Shown here: one piece after another, positions 49,890 through 63,589 of the stretch | Numbering within the stretch: position 1 is the first letter of the stretch | Layout: every line of letters starts with the position of its first letter | Source: Lama guanicoe | Lineage: Eukaryota | Direction: 5' to 3' | Assembly (NCBI GenBank): GCA_013239625.1 | Contig: MU054212.1 | Span: forward strand, 868,001-932,000 | Length of the DNA: 64,000 nucleotides | Translations under genes and position numbers: made by a program | The notes under the pieces: generated by a model | What the model saw: the letters and a program-made list of their open reading frames with translations, nothing else | The model's database searches: none | Told to the model about the DNA's origin: nothing

Positions 49890-50530
49890 CCATCAGGGCT
49901 GTGGAATAAATAAAACCGAGAGAGAGGTTACAGAAGGTGAGGTTTGCAAATGTAGGTAGGTTGTCAGGGACGTCCTCTCTGAGGAGACAATGGAGCAGGG
50001 ACCTGAGCTCTGCAGGTGTCCATGGGCATCCAGACTCAGGAAAGAGCAAGTGCAAAGTCATCCGGGCAGGACAAGCCAGGGGTGTTCACTGAACAAAAAA
50101 AGACTGGATGTGTGAAAGCAGAGTGAAGGGAGGGGGTGAGGAAGGGCTTCCCGGGGACCAGATCGTAGGCCCTCGAAAGGCACTGCAAAGACTTAACCTC
50201 TGCTCTGATGAGCTGGAGCCATGCGGAGTTCAGCACAGGGAAACAACGTTGCATTAGGATCTTTGTGGTGACTGCTGAAAACCAGCTATGGGAGAGAGGA
50301 AAAGATGCGGGGAGGCCATCACGGTGATCCGTCAGGAAGGAATGGTATCAGTGGAGACGACAAGAGGTGGACAGATTGTGGATGTAACCTGAGGATAGAG
50401 CCGGCAGGACCTGCCGGGGGCTCGCTGGACAGACATGGACTGTGAGAGGATGAGGGGACTCTGAGGTGACTCCACGGCTTCTGGGTGGAGCAAGCAAGGA
50501 AGACTTGCCATTTATTGAGCCTGGAAAGGC
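49890..50530. mobile_element. L2 LINE fragment
   Basis: gttgtcagggacgtcctctctgaggagac...agagcaagtgcaaag...gaggatagagccggcaggacctg...gccatttattgag. Confidence 0.55.
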
Positions 50531-51679
50531 TGTAAAATAGGAGAAGGCAGAGCGCGTGGACCGGCTCAGGGAGGCGCAGGCAGACCCGGTGGTGGGGGCG
50601 CGTGGACGCTCCCTTCTGTTTTCTTTTTCCTTTTGTGAAATGAGATTCAAGGTCGGGGGCAGAAAGTGGGGATCGGGGGAGGCCTTGGAGTTGAGGAGAG
50701 AGAAGGAATGAAAGGGTGGTCCTGGAACGTGGGGGAGTGGATGGGCTTGGGGAATGCCCTAGGCTTTGGGGGCAGCACGGGGCGCACCTGAGGTCAGCTC
50801 CTACGTGACCCAGTTTCCCCGCCTGTGCTGTGTCCTTCAGCCTGCTGCATCCGGCTCCTCTGAGCAGACCACATGTGGGGTGTTGTCTTGGGGACAGCAG
50901 ACGTGCTTGACTTGCTTTCCAATCCCCACAGTACCTGCCATGGTCTCCTGCCCACAGTGGGCGTCAGCAGGTGCTCCCTAAAATGTTTGTTGTTTGGCGA
51001 GGCTGGAACTCAGCTTTCGAGCCTTGATTACAACACACATCTCTGGCTTCCTTCCACAAGCATGTTTTAAATCTTCCATTGTGGAAACTGGTCTGTTTCC
51101 AGTAACCCCTTTGTTATCCTGTTCCTTTTTCTCTGCAAGTAGACTGGTGGTGACTTCAGGGAAGGAAATTTAATTGAATGTGAATACATCTGTTACAAAA
51201 TACTAGGGAATCCTTAGAACAAAGCCTTGAGGAAAAGAGGTTTCAATTAGTGCTATTAGATTTATTTGGGAATTTGAAAGCATAGATATCCAGTTCAATT
51301 TGGTTTTCTACCAGTGCATTTTAAAAACACCCAATCTGGGGCCTAACTTCTGGCAGTGAACATTAAAAGCACAAACATCTCAACTAACAGGAGATACACA
51401 GCACAGGGTGGCACCAAGTCCCTCCCACCCCTGAGAATCTGAATTCATTAATGCCTATTGATGTTTCCAAGTCTTCTAATACAGTCGTGCTTAAACAGGG
51501 CTGTGTTTTAGAATCCCGTGCTTTTACCAAATGTAAATTCCTGTGTTTCTCCCTCAGATCTTAATCTAGATTTCCAGGGGTGTGGGCCAGGCTGGTATTT
51601 TGAACAGATTTTCCAGGTGATTCTGATGTATGTCCCTTGTTAAGAGCCACTGCTCTAGTTAGTAGGAATTCCTATTTAG

Positions 51680-51885
51680 TGGTTGGCAGACTTTCCTGTA
51701 AAGATAAAGATAGTAAATATTTTCAGCTTTGTAGGTGAAGTTGCAAGTACTCAGCTCTGCTGCGGTAACATGAAGGGAACCAGAGACAATACGTAAATGA
51801 ATGAATTTAGCTGTGCTCCAGTGAAACTTTATTTACTAAAGCAGGGATGGATCTGGCCCTCAGGCTACAGTTTACAGATCCTGGG
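51680..51885. mobile_element. MER58A hAT-Charlie MITE, flanked by MER5-like pieces
   Basis: ggttggcagactttcctgtaaag...atagtaaatattttcagcttt...gctgtgctccagtgaaactttattta...ggctacagtttacagatcctg. Confidence 0.75.
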
Positions 51886-52996
51886 ATTAAGTTAGCATCT
51901 CTGAGTTTGAGATTCCACACCCAGGCAATGACGTTTTACCAGGAGATTCCAATGTGCAGCCAAGATGGAGAACTACTGTTCTAGGAAATCCACAGGCTCA
52001 ACTCCAGGCGCCTGAAGCAAAGGAGACTTGAAGCACAAAGAGAACGGTTTTGCGCGTCGGAATGTTTTTAGTTTTTTTTGTTGTTGTATTTCGTGACTCT
52101 AGATATTATTTGGCTTTTCTGGGTCCAAGTGATCATCCACAACCACGTAACATTTATTTTAGGAAGTCAACGTTTCATGGACACATCTTCTCTTTTTGAA
52201 AATGACAGAATGCACAAAACACTCGCTCTAGAGGGGCCCGGGCCCACGGGCGTGGGCACACTTCTACGCCTCTGAGTTCAAACAAAGAGTGGTGACAAGG
52301 GGATTCAGCAGGTTCAGAGCAACTCTAGGCTCTTACTTTAGGAGATTGATGCCGTCTTGGGATGATTGTGTAAGGCGGCCCGTTTGGCCTGAAGACATGG
52401 CCGCCTGGAGGTTTCTTGACAAATATCACGGAAAGGTTTTGATTTCCGCAATCACTTTGTAAGGGCTACTTGCCCTTGCCAAAGCTTTGAGTCAGTGTGG
52501 TCAGGGCTGGGCCCGTGCTAATGACTGGGAACTCCTAGAATTCGGAGAGGCTGGAGACGGCTGGCTGTCATGTGCCTTCCTGCTGTGTCCCTCCCTGTCC
52601 TCCCCGGGCTACGCTACGCATTTCATCTGCCTGGCAGGGTAGGGCCGCTGCTGTTGGCATGGAAACCTGCCAGATAAGACTTGTAGAGGGACAGGTGAGT
52701 TCTGGTAGCTTGGCTTGGAGGCTCTGTGTAGATGCCACTAAAGTGGAATTCGAGGAATGATGTTTACTGAAGAGAATGGTCATCCTGAATGTATAACATA
52801 TTCTTCATTCACTGAACTCTTATTAAGTGCCTACTCTGTCCTAGGCATGGCCAAGGCAGCTGTCTGCTCACAGTCCCTGCCCCATGGACGCTGCCACGCC
52901 TGCAGAAGACACGTGGGCCAACAGTTAGAATAGCAGGAGTTAAGGCTGTGACCGGCCATGGGAGCAAACAGGAGGGGCAAACTTACAGCCTTACTG

Positions 52997-53092
52997 AAGG
53001 GATGGAGGGAGGGGGGAAGGCAGGAAGGCAGGCAGGAAGGAAAGAAGGAAGGATGGAAGGAGGAGTGGGAGGGAGGAAAGAAGGAAGGAAGA
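52997..53092. repeat. Purine-rich (GGAA/GGCA)n low-complexity tract
   Basis: gaagggatggagggaggggggaaggcaggaaggcaggcaggaaggaaagaaggaagg... Confidence 0.8.
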
Positions 53093-54946
53093 TAGTAGAG
53101 GTTCTGCAAGGGCTTCCCTGGACCAGGAGGAGGAGGCCTCTGGGCCGAGTCTTGGCACATGGAGTCTGGCAAGTGGAGGGGCAGCTAAGAGAAGGCATGA
53201 GGATGGGGTGGGGGATGGCAGGCCGGTCACTGGGACTGAGTCACCAGGTCGGGGAAGAAGTGGGAGAAGTGAGTCTTGGGGGAGGGAGAGGAGAGGATCA
53301 GGACCAGACCAGAGTGGGCAGCAGGGCTCAGATGCACAACCGCACCCCACCTAAGGGGGCGTCACAGCCACTGAGGGCGTTGCAGGTTGTGTATATGGTG
53401 AGCGATTTTACGCAAGTGACAGGGAAGCATCTTGAGGAAGGGACACCGTTTTCTAGTTTGTGCTCAGGTTCCACGTGGGCTCTGGCAGCCTGGAAGATTT
53501 GGCAGGGTCTCTGTATCACAATGTCAAGGACTTTGGATTGTGCCCTAAAGGAGTTGGGTCACTGCTGAGGGATTGAAATTGGAAAGTGATACGAAAAGAC
53601 TGGTGTTTCAGGAAGATCATTCTTGACACCAGTATGGAGAATAGATTGGAAGAAGCAAGATGGGAAGTGGACAGCCTTGTTAGGAGGCTCTTGGAATAAT
53701 CCAGGCAAACAGGGTTGAGGTCCTGGAGGAAGGTTCTGGAACTCTGGAAGAGAGGAGGATTCCAGACACTTTCTTGAGATATAGGCACTGTGATCTGGTG
53801 ATGAGGTGCGGGAGGGGAGCGGAAGGAGAAGTCAGGGGCCTCGGAGGTGTCCAGCTCCAGCGCTGTGTGGGAGTATTTGCAAGATGAGTTAAAAAGTGAA
53901 TTCAGAAACAGATTTAAAAATGCATTGGTACTAAATGCTTTCTGTTTACAAATGGTTGTAAATCGGGATTCCTTAGACTTCAATACCAGTGTGAAGTTCA
54001 AGCCTCTCACTGAATCCCAGTGCCTGGGTTAATGCCCAGACTGTAACTGACAGTAAACCTCAGCATTTCTGTGACCTTCTCAGCCTGCGGGGCCGTGGCA
54101 CTGGGAGCTTGTGTGGCAGCTGTGATGGATGGTCAGGGTGGCGCTCACGCCAGCCTGGGTTCCAGAGCTTCCCTTGTGATGAGCGTGCCCTCGGACACGT
54201 CCAGTGCCCTGCTTGTCAAATTAGGCAGCTGTTCGATGAACAAGTTAGAGCAAGTTAGAGATGAGGCAAAGACTGTGAAGCTGTTCTGATTCACCTGATC
54301 TTTTTTCTTAATTGTTGTAAAAAGAAAAAAAATTCCATAACTTTGTTACTCACCTTTTACCTGAAAAAGGGCAGAGGGAAGAAGTGGGATTTAGCTAACT
54401 TTTCGGACTATCTATTATTTGAACCCTTGTAGAAAATCTTTCCAAAACGCATGAGACTTCCCTTCCTTGTTAAATAGGGGGAACCCAGTCAAATCTTGAA
54501 GCCTTTCAGGGTCTTCTTCAAGGGACCATATTGCAGATTTAGGTGTTAATGTTGTTGATAGAAATGTAGATGTTTTAAACGTGAGAATGGCCTGAATATG
54601 TATACTAATGTGGGACACACCTTGAACATGGCTTTTAAAATCAGTTACTGGCGTGTCTTCTTGGCATAATAGGAAGAGGACCTGGGCTTTACCCACAGGG
54701 GTAGATGCTAAAAGGTTGTAGGTATTTTGCAAACTAGTGCCTACCTTGGACTTTCCTGAGTGACATCTCTGATCTCTCCTGAACAGATGTTTCGCTTCCC
54801 CGGTAAGATGTGGTCTTCGGGGTAGGAATGTCTAAGCCATAGATAACTCAGGATCTGTGTCTCCATGTCAGACACCTGGGCGGAGGGAGAAACTCACAAA
54901 GGAACAGAGGACGGAGGCCCCTCTGAAAGTGTCTTCTCCTCCGCAG

Positions 54947-55081
54947 GCTGCGACTGTGACCTGGAAGGCGTTCTCCCTGAAATATGTGATGCCCGCGGAA
55001 AGTGCCTGTGCCGCCCCGGGGTGGGCGGCCCGCGGTGTGACGCCTGCCGCTCAGGTTTCTACTCCTTCCCTATTTGCCAAG
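54947..55081 (+). CDS. LAMA3: LAMA3 coding exon (exon 12 equivalent), LE repeat
   Basis: Acceptor tcttctcctccgcag| and donor caag|gtaagt; 135 nt. Translates CDCDLEGVLPEICDARGKCLCRPGVGGPRCDACRSGFYSFPICQ. Confidence 0.96.
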
Positions 55082-57544
55082 GTAAGTGGGCAACACGTCC
55101 AGGGTGCCCATCAGTCCCCAAGGTCAGTGTCCTCCTGAGGAAATGCAGAGGCTCCTTTGGGCAGAGCTCTGCCTGCAGTTTCATAAATGAGCCCCTGGCT
55201 GACATAGGTATGTTACGTGTGACTGCCCTCCTGGACCTGCCACGTCACCTCCTTTCTCTTGTTTTTCCTGCCCTGTCCCCCCTGGTGGTCAAGCCCATGG
55301 GCTCTGGAGTCAGCGCCTGGGTGCGAGTCCTGGCTCTGGAGAGGAGGTGGTACCTGAACGGTGTTTAGGACCCTGCCGGGTAGACGAGGGGAGGAGGCAG
55401 GGTGTTCCAGGGACAGGGAGCAGCACATGCAGAACCACCAGCTCCTCCCTCTCCACTTAGCACCCCGTCCTAGTGAGAGTCACTGAAGCGGGTGGAGGCG
55501 GGGAGGGAGGAGCAGGTGGTGGCCCAGGCTCTAGAGCATGACAGGTGTGCAGTAAATGTTGGGCGAACAGCAAATGAATGAATGAATTTGCCCACATTCT
55601 TCTCCTCCGCCTCCTCCCCACTGCCTGCCTGTGTTCTTCTCCCAGTGGCTAATGTTGTAGGGAAAACGAGGGGACAGAAAGAAGGAAGACTAAGTCAGGG
55701 CTCAGGGCAGGAACTAAACAGAGACAGGGACTCGCTGTGGGTAACTAGGTGCTAACCTGAGTCATGAAGGCTCTAGGCTGGGCGTCCAAGGAGGCTCCCG
55801 GGGGTTAGACCCAGACGGCTGCGGTGCATCTCAGGGACAGGAGCGCTGCAATCCTGCCGCCTGCATGGCCCATCCCGTGGCGCCCAGGAAGCCAGACGGG
55901 ACACCGCAGAGAACCTCAACCTTCCTAATCTTCTTCGAGTTCCTATTTGCAAAACCCAGTTGGCATTCAGAACCCAGCTCCAGGGGAATCTGGAAGTGCT
56001 GTTTCTGGCTTCCAGCCTCCGAACGCAGGAGGAGGTTAGCATTGATGCCAAGCGATGTCATCCACGAGGTCAGCCACACTAAGGAGCTGGGAGAGCAGGA
56101 CAGGGCAGGAAGGACCCGCCTCGAAGCAGGAGACAAATGGCAGAGAATGAGGTTCACATTCGCTATCAACATGGACAAGTTCCTTAACCCCTCTGCTCCT
56201 CAGTTTCCTAGTAACAGTGCCTGCCCTGTGACATATCAGGGTTGTGCAGGTTACATGTGCACTGACGTGTCCGCTCTCAGAGCCTGCGGAGCACACACTT
56301 GTATGGCAGCTGTCATTCCGTTAGCCCTCCTTCCTCTGCCCCAGACATCCCTCTACATCCCTTTAAGAGCCTGCAGCCCCAGCCCCAGTTGAGCTCCCTG
56401 TTTGCACAGATGTCTGTGTGCTTGTGCTCAAAGCCCTTCCTTTTCCTCCTGGCCCCCTGACATCTCCTGGTCACAGACCTCTAGCCTCTGCCCCACTTCT
56501 CAGCCTCTGCCTCTCTGGGGCCACAGAAGCTCTCAGCTGTCCCTGTCCAGAGATTCGGTCACCCTGCAGGCGGGAGGGTAAGGAAAGGCAGCGTGTATCT
56601 TTTCTTTCTCTGCCTTGACTTCAACCAGAGAAATTGGGTGTTAGAATTTGGAATGCCCAGTGCATTTCCCGTGGAAACGTCCGTACAGGTGACGCTCGCG
56701 GTGGAGTTGTGTGAATCGTGCTGGACGTAGAGTCTGTGCCAGGCCGACTCTGGGCTGGTGCGGCTGACTCGTCCTTGTGCGTGTGTCGTTCCTGTGGAAT
56801 GGTGCAGTTTTGGAGCACGAGGCAGGGATGCTTACATTTCCATGTTAAGCTGGAGACACCAAGTCTCTCACTGACAAAATGAAAAAGAGCCAGCAGGAGG
56901 GAGACGGGATGGAGGCCTGCCATTTCAGATGTCCAGTAAGGGCCAGACTTGGAGGAGCTTATGCTGGGAGTTGGCAAGATCATGAGTAGTGAAGACGAGG
57001 TCTGTTCCACAAAAGCAGGACGAGGGTTCAGGGCAGCCGTGTGGCTGGTTTCATCCCCTCCACCAGATACTTACACTGGGTCGACAACAAGGAAGCACTT
57101 TCTGGCCACCGTTTGTTTGTTTGTTTATAGTGGCCCAATCACATCTTAAATGGAAGCTCTTTGGGGGCAAGGAGTGGACAAGAGTGTCTCATGTTAATTT
57201 TCTACGTAATCGGTCGACATTCATATTGGTTCTGCTTCAGCTGCCATCCTTTTAGCAAAAGCAAAACATTCTTACGGCTGAAAGTGTCTCAGAGGTTTTC
57301 CTTTTTTCCTCCTCTGTATCAGCCACAATTCCAGACTCATCCTGGCAGAACGAATTGCAAATATGCCAACCTCATCATTCTCCTGGACAAGGCTGCCTGC
57401 TAGCTTGTGCCTTTGTGTTTTGGATACAGAGGTGAAGAGTAATACAACATTTTAAGAATGCTCTTATCCACAGTTCTTTACTTACTAGAACTAGTTCATT
57501 TTAAGGTGGGTGGAAAATGTAACGGTATATTTGGGATAAAACAG

Positions 57545-58500
57545 AGGGAGTTTTCAGAACAATAGAGTAAGGGGACTGTAGACCTTCCTTCTTGCAAAAC
57601 AAAACACTAACTGGTGAAATTTAAAAAATATCACTTAAAGGCTCTGAAAATTATCCTGAGGTCATACAGCAAATGAAGAAACATTTATTTAAGAAAATAC
57701 AGATCTCAATAAGAACAATGGAAGTCTGTGATGTTTGAGCTCCATTGTCTCCCCTCAACCGTTGCCCCAGCTCTGTGTTACAGAAGCTCTGCCCTGGGCA
57801 AGAAAACGGGGGTTCACTCTTTTCCAAACTCCCAGTCTGGGGCTACAGTTTCACGCCAGCAGCGGCAGGATGCTGGCATTTCTCATTGCCCCCAGCCCTG
57901 TGCTGCAGAAGCTCCATTCCAGGCAGGCTCAGCAGAGAGGACCAGGTCTGTCTTTCCTTACCCAGCCCCCACTTGTATGGTGGAGACTCTCCGCCAGGCA
58001 CCGCAGGCTGAGAATACTGGGGTCCTGGTCATCCCCACCCCAGCTGGCTCATCGAGTAGGGCTTCCAAGCTGGGAGGGGCGAGCGGGGAGCTACCACTCT
58101 CACCCCCACTGCCTGCTTGGAGAGCAGGAGCGTCACTCCAGGAAAAGCAGGTCCTCGTCTTCAGCGCTAGTGGTGCAGTGATCGATCTTGGTGTTTAGCA
58201 ATTAAAACGAAGCAAGAGAGCTCTGATACAAGCCAAACAGCAGGGCAGTCAGACGTTTAATACAGAGAATCAGAGTAAGTGCAGCCAAGAAGGGCCTTCC
58301 TGGTATCATCGGTCATTCTGGAAGCTGGGAAGGTTTCTTGCACGTGCTAGATTGTGCCCATTCAAGAGTGATCAGAGCAAGATACAGGGCAGACTCAAAG
58401 ACATCCCCCAAGCTGCACGCAAATGCACAACACAGGGTGGAAGCCTCAGTGGCACAACCTGTAACCAAACACTGACTGGACAAGCTGCTCTGACACATTG
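57545..58500 (+). mobile_element. Probable old L1 5'UTR fragment
   Basis: aaggctctgaaaatt..aaatgaagaaacatttatttaagaaaat...aagaacaatggaagtctgtg resembles old L1M 5' ends, recalled from memory. Confidence 0.4.
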
Positions 58501-59590
58501 CTCAGTAAATTGCAGCAATAACCTGATAAATCCATTTCACCTGAAGATATTTTTATGTACACATACACTGGATAATTCCTTCCCAAACCTGTTCAAGGGG
58601 CAAGAAACCACTATGTCTTGTTTTGTATGAATTATCTCTAGGCCAGGAGCAGGGACCAAATAGATGATCGTAAGGAGCTAGTTCGAGACGCAAACCCTGC
58701 TTTATCTTCACTCCCTAGTCTTCTCTTTACTCTTCTGCCTCAAACCTAACATGTTCTGCGACTTGACCTTAAATTTGGTTATCTGGCTCATGTATTTGGA
58801 GCAAAAGTGAGAACCAAGCAATAAGATCTCCCAACCCTGGTTGCCTCTGGAAAGTTAAAAAAGCACACCCCCAAAATGTGCATGAAAATCCACTTATTTT
58901 GCTGCTAAAAGAAGCCCAGAGGTCCTCTCCTACCATTCCTCCTCTTCTTCTTCTTTTTTTGGGGGGGATAATAATTGTACTGTTTGGTTATTTGTTTTCC
59001 AAGCTAAACCCAAGGCGAATTAGAAACATGAAATTAGGGAAGGAAAGTTGCCAAGGCAACAAGCTAACAGTAAAGGAGGAAACAGAAAAGCAGACATGAA
59101 CCTTAAGAAGTACAGCAGTCTGGGGCCACTAACGAAGGGCAAATAATTTTACCCAACGCAGGAGCTACTGGGAGAGTCACCCTTAGAGTGGGCTAATGAG
59201 CACTCTAGTGACCGCTCTGGGTCATAAGACAACTGTTGTGTCTAAGTATCTGTTTCTGAAGGAAGGAAGGTATAGAGTATCTTTTAGTAAGAGGACTGTT
59301 TTGTGAGAAGACTTTTAAAATGGGAACATTTTGGTGAATCAAGATTCACTTACCATTCTATAATTTCATGGGATGGAAAAGTTGACCTAAACCGGTTTAA
59401 TGCAAGAAGAATTTGTTGGTTGTGGTTGAGCAGTTCAGGCATATTTGGTTTCAGATCCAGGGGCTCAAAAGATGCTGGCAAGGTCTGCCAAGATTTTCTC
59501 CATCTTTCAGCTTGGCTGCCTTGTATGTTGGCTTCATTCTTAGGCCTCAGGTGATGGTAAGATTGTAGCTAACAGCTCTAGGACACACAT

Positions 59591-59670
59591 TGCTATGAGC
59601 TGAATTGTGCACCCTCAAATCCATGTGAGGAAGCCCTAACCCCCAGGGTGAGTGTATTTGGAGTAAGGAA
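59591..59670 (+). mobile_element. MLT1A/B-like LTR 5' fragment
   Basis: tgctatgagctgaattgtgcaccctcaaat...gaagccctaaccccca..gtgagtgtatttggag. Confidence 0.6.
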
Positions 59671-62182
59671 GTACAGTCATTTCTGGGTATCCTGTTCCTC
59701 CACCTGTTCCTCAGTTCCACCGAGTGTGGATGAGGGCGAGAGAAAGCAGTGTTCAGGCATCGGGATTCCAGTGGGGTGGAGGGAGGCAGTAACCTCAAGT
59801 CCTGTCTCCGTGGACCGCACCAAAGTACATCTAGCCTCAGAGAACCCACCGCTGCTTAAGAGCTCTTTCCCCAATTTCACTGGACGTGCACCATTGCCTC
59901 ATTCCGGTGGGGGGTAGAGATCTGCCCTGAAGTTTGTTCTTCCAGATTTGAACCGTTAGGCTCTGGAAGACTTTGGGATGCTCCGACATTCTGTCAGCGA
60001 TGGTCTCCCTTCTCCAGTGCTCTCCTTTTCTGACAGCTTTCGTAATCTTTTAAAATTTTTTTTCTTAGGGGGTGGCATTGAAGCCAATGGCTTGAAGCTC
60101 AGACTCACTGAAATCTGAACTTGCTCTAGCATCAAGGGCCGACCCAGTATTTTAATCTGTAATCTTTTTTAGATGAAATTGATTGCTTGGCCCATGATTT
60201 TATAATCAAATCAGCATGGCCCCAAATGCTACATCAGATGGTCTGCTATGTTCTAGCCAAAAAAATGTTCGTATGACTTTGTGCTCTGCATTGCTTTAAA
60301 GGTTTTAAAAGTCTTCTTTAAGAGAATTTAAAAACCCTTCTTAATTGTTCTTGCCAGCTGCAGTCCGGCAAGACTTTATGTTTTGCATTAACTTAATTTC
60401 ATCCAGACTTCTCTAAGCACAAGGCCGCCTCCTTCTCATTTTATTTTTGACTCAGTCAAGTGCCCTGCAGTTAGTTTTCTTTCTTGTAGGTCAAATTGTA
60501 GGTGCGGGGCTGCATGGGAGAGCTGTCCATGTGTACTGAAAGTTTACATGTATGTTGACGCCTGGCTTGGCCACAAAACACATGTTGACTCTGGTAACTT
60601 GGTCATTTGAGGGTTTACTGTTCCCTTTTCCTCCTCTTTGTCCCTCATTCCTACATTCCTTTCCTTCATTTTTCTCTTCCTCTTCTTTCCTTCCTTCTCC
60701 CCCTTTTCCGGTGCATTTGCTAAGTAGCAACCAGTCAGACCTTGGAACAGAGGCCAGGAGGGTAGGAGTGTGGAAACAGGGGTCCTCCCATGACTAGGAG
60801 CTTAAGGCACTCGTGTTATAGCTGCACCCAAACCTCGGTGCCCCAGGGCCCAAACGGTCCCCACCGGAATTTGCTGTAGTCCTTGGGCTTTGGTTGTAGG
60901 TCATTCCTTAGAAAACTCCTATACATACTTGGTGGCCCGTGCAAGGTTAGCCTCCTACCTGTCAGCATGTTCTCGTGAATCGCAAACTGGCCCCAGGAAG
61001 AGGCCCAGGGCGCTGGCCGCTGGCAGATGGTGCTGCAGGGGGAAGTTTCTGACCTGGGATGCTCCCGGGAGAGCCCTCCCAGCCTTTCCAAGGCGGGAAA
61101 CAAAACCCACAGGCCTGGGCCAAGTTCTGTGCGATTTTGCTTTGAACCAGTCCTTTACTTTGTGGTTTACTGTTTGTCTGGGAGAACATTGAGGTGGCTG
61201 GTTGGAAGAAGCCTTAAGATTTTCTGTAGATTTGATCTGCCCTCAGTCCCCTCAGCCAGAGAGGGGGAAGGTGGTGGGTACCGTGGAACTGTGGAGGTTG
61301 GCTCTGTGGTTCTGAACTGCAGAAGGCGCCAGCCTGCTTTTTCAGCAGAAGGAAAAGCTCTAAAATCACAGGCGATGGGAGTACCCCCGAAACAGTAAGG
61401 AGCCCTGTTTACCTTGTAATTTACATGTTGTCTTGTAAGTGAGCGTCTTGGGGAAGAGGGTGGTGTTCCTGGGGGCAGTGCCTCTCACAGCAGACTCAGT
61501 GAGAGAATACATATCAATAGAGCCTCAGGGCTGGACCAGGAAAAGGATTTCGATAGTTGTTTATTCCTTCGTTTAACAAATATCTACTTGGCATGTAGTA
61601 GGGGCCAGGACTGTGCTTGATGCTGGAAGGTTTGGAGGAGCACAGCAGCCAAAACCCCCGATTCCCTGGACCTTTCTTATCATTTTCCTTTATACTTGTT
61701 GGAAACACAGCTGTCTTAAGTAGAAGCACAGAAAGGAGCAGACGAGAAGAAAATACTCCAGAAACTTCGAAGGACCTGGATCAAAACAGAGAGCAGAGTT
61801 AAAATATCTGTAAGGCCTTATAGTATTTCCAAGAGTGAGAAAAAGGCCGCCAGCATTGGGGTTTGGGTTTGGGATTTGGCAGCTTTCCTTGATACGGGCT
61901 TGAAATGCAAAGGATGATGCCAGATTGAGAAACTCATGGTTTGGGATAATGGACATGCGTTTAAGGCTGCGGCTTTGTTGTCACCTCTGGAGTGTTTCTG
62001 CGTCTCCTGAGGCTCCCTGGACAAGCCCTCTGGCCCTGGGAGTCAGTGTTGGAGTCACCCACATTATACTGGCTGGAGCTGCCCCCTCTGTGCTCCAGGC
62101 TCCTACTGCTCCCCCGACTGCCTGCACGGGTGTTTTCCTCTGTGCATTCACTTTCCTTTAGAGCAGAATAGCAGAAATAACC

Positions 62183-62628
62183 TGTGTTAGTCAGAGTTCT
62201 CCAGAGAAACAGAACCCGTCGGATGTGTGTATGTATGTATATATGTGTGTATATATATATATATTTATAGATGTATAGATTTACTTTAAGGAATCGGCTC
62301 ACATGATTGTGGGACTGGAACCTCTAAAGTCTGCAGGATTGGTCAGCAGGCTGGAGATCCAGGGAGGGCTTGATGCTGCAGCTGGGGTCCTCAGGCTGTC
62401 TGGAAGCAGAATTCCTTCTTCCTCCAGGACCTCAGTCTTTTCTCTTAAGGCCTTCAACTGATTAGATGAGGCCCACCCACACTGTGGCAAGTAACCTGCT
62501 TTATTCAAGGTCAGCTGGTTTAAATATCAGTCACATATAACAAAACACCATTATAGCAGCATCTCAACAGGTGTTGATCAAATGTCTGAAGCCTGTAGCC
62601 TAGATAACATGCAAAAATTAATCATCAC
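62183..62628. mobile_element. ERVL solo LTR (MLT2B-like) with an internal (TA/TG)n tract
   Basis: tgtgttagtcagagttctccagagaaacagaacc...aaggaatcggctcacatgattgtgg...ggccttcaactgattagatgaggcccacccaca...aaaattaatcatcac. Confidence 0.85.
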
Positions 62629-63589
62629 GGAGCCCAAGAATGTCTCCCCAGTAATCTGCCCCTAGTTAGGGACTTGATCTCTGCAGACAGGCCAGCAGGG
62701 AACCTGGGGCCATGAACGAACGCTGACCCAGACAGCAGAAGAGCTGAGTCCTTGTCCTTTTGTCTGCCAGGAGCTGGCTGGGGGCACTAGGCATGATTCT
62801 TCACCTCTCTTACATTCGGTTTCTAGGCAGTGGTGCCGGGAACGTTGCTTCACACCGTGTGGATAATTCTCCAGCCCTCTTCTGGATTTCTAGCTCATTG
62901 TGGTCAGGAAATGTGTGTTTTTCATATTCATCTCCACCTCCTCACCTAGTCATGGTGCCATTAAGCACAGTAGACCTTCATTCAAAGTCTGCTGGATGGA
63001 TGTGTATACAATAGGAGGGTGGAATGATGGTAAATTCTCCCAGGCCTGCCAGTCCCTAGCTGGGCCTCTCAGAACAAGTCACATAAACTGGTTGAAGTTC
63101 CAGGGAATTTGTAAATGAGGAGACGAGCAAAGTTTGCTTCCAGCAGCGAGTATTTTATGATTCCAACGAACAACTCTGGGCAAACGCTACCATTATCATT
63201 AGCAGAGAAGAGCAGTCTCAGAGTAACTCACCACTCATGGGTCTGGGCTGAGTGCTGTTGAAGAGAGCGAAAGCGGCATGGTCTCATCCCTTTGGGAGCG
63301 CCGCGCTCCAAGGCTTAGCGCCGTGGGGCTTTGCCGAGCCCAAGGACGCCTGCAAGTAAATCACTGGAATTGGCACTTTATCTCATGGATCTTTTCTCTC
63401 CCAAGGCCTCAACAAGTGTGGAATGTTTGAAACCTTGCAAACAGGTTGTGTATATATATATTCTTACTGCATACACCGAATATAAATTTGGAAGTCAGGA
63501 ATACTAATCCACTGATTCCTATTAATGCAGCGTGGGATGGTGTTCAGAGCACCTCCCGAGCACTGGGGGACTCAATGATCACAATGGTG

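Noticed and set aside
52948..53568. 206-aa ORF and overlapping antisense ORFs
   Set aside because: They arise from the purine-rich low-complexity tract and L2-like sequence, with no protein-like features.
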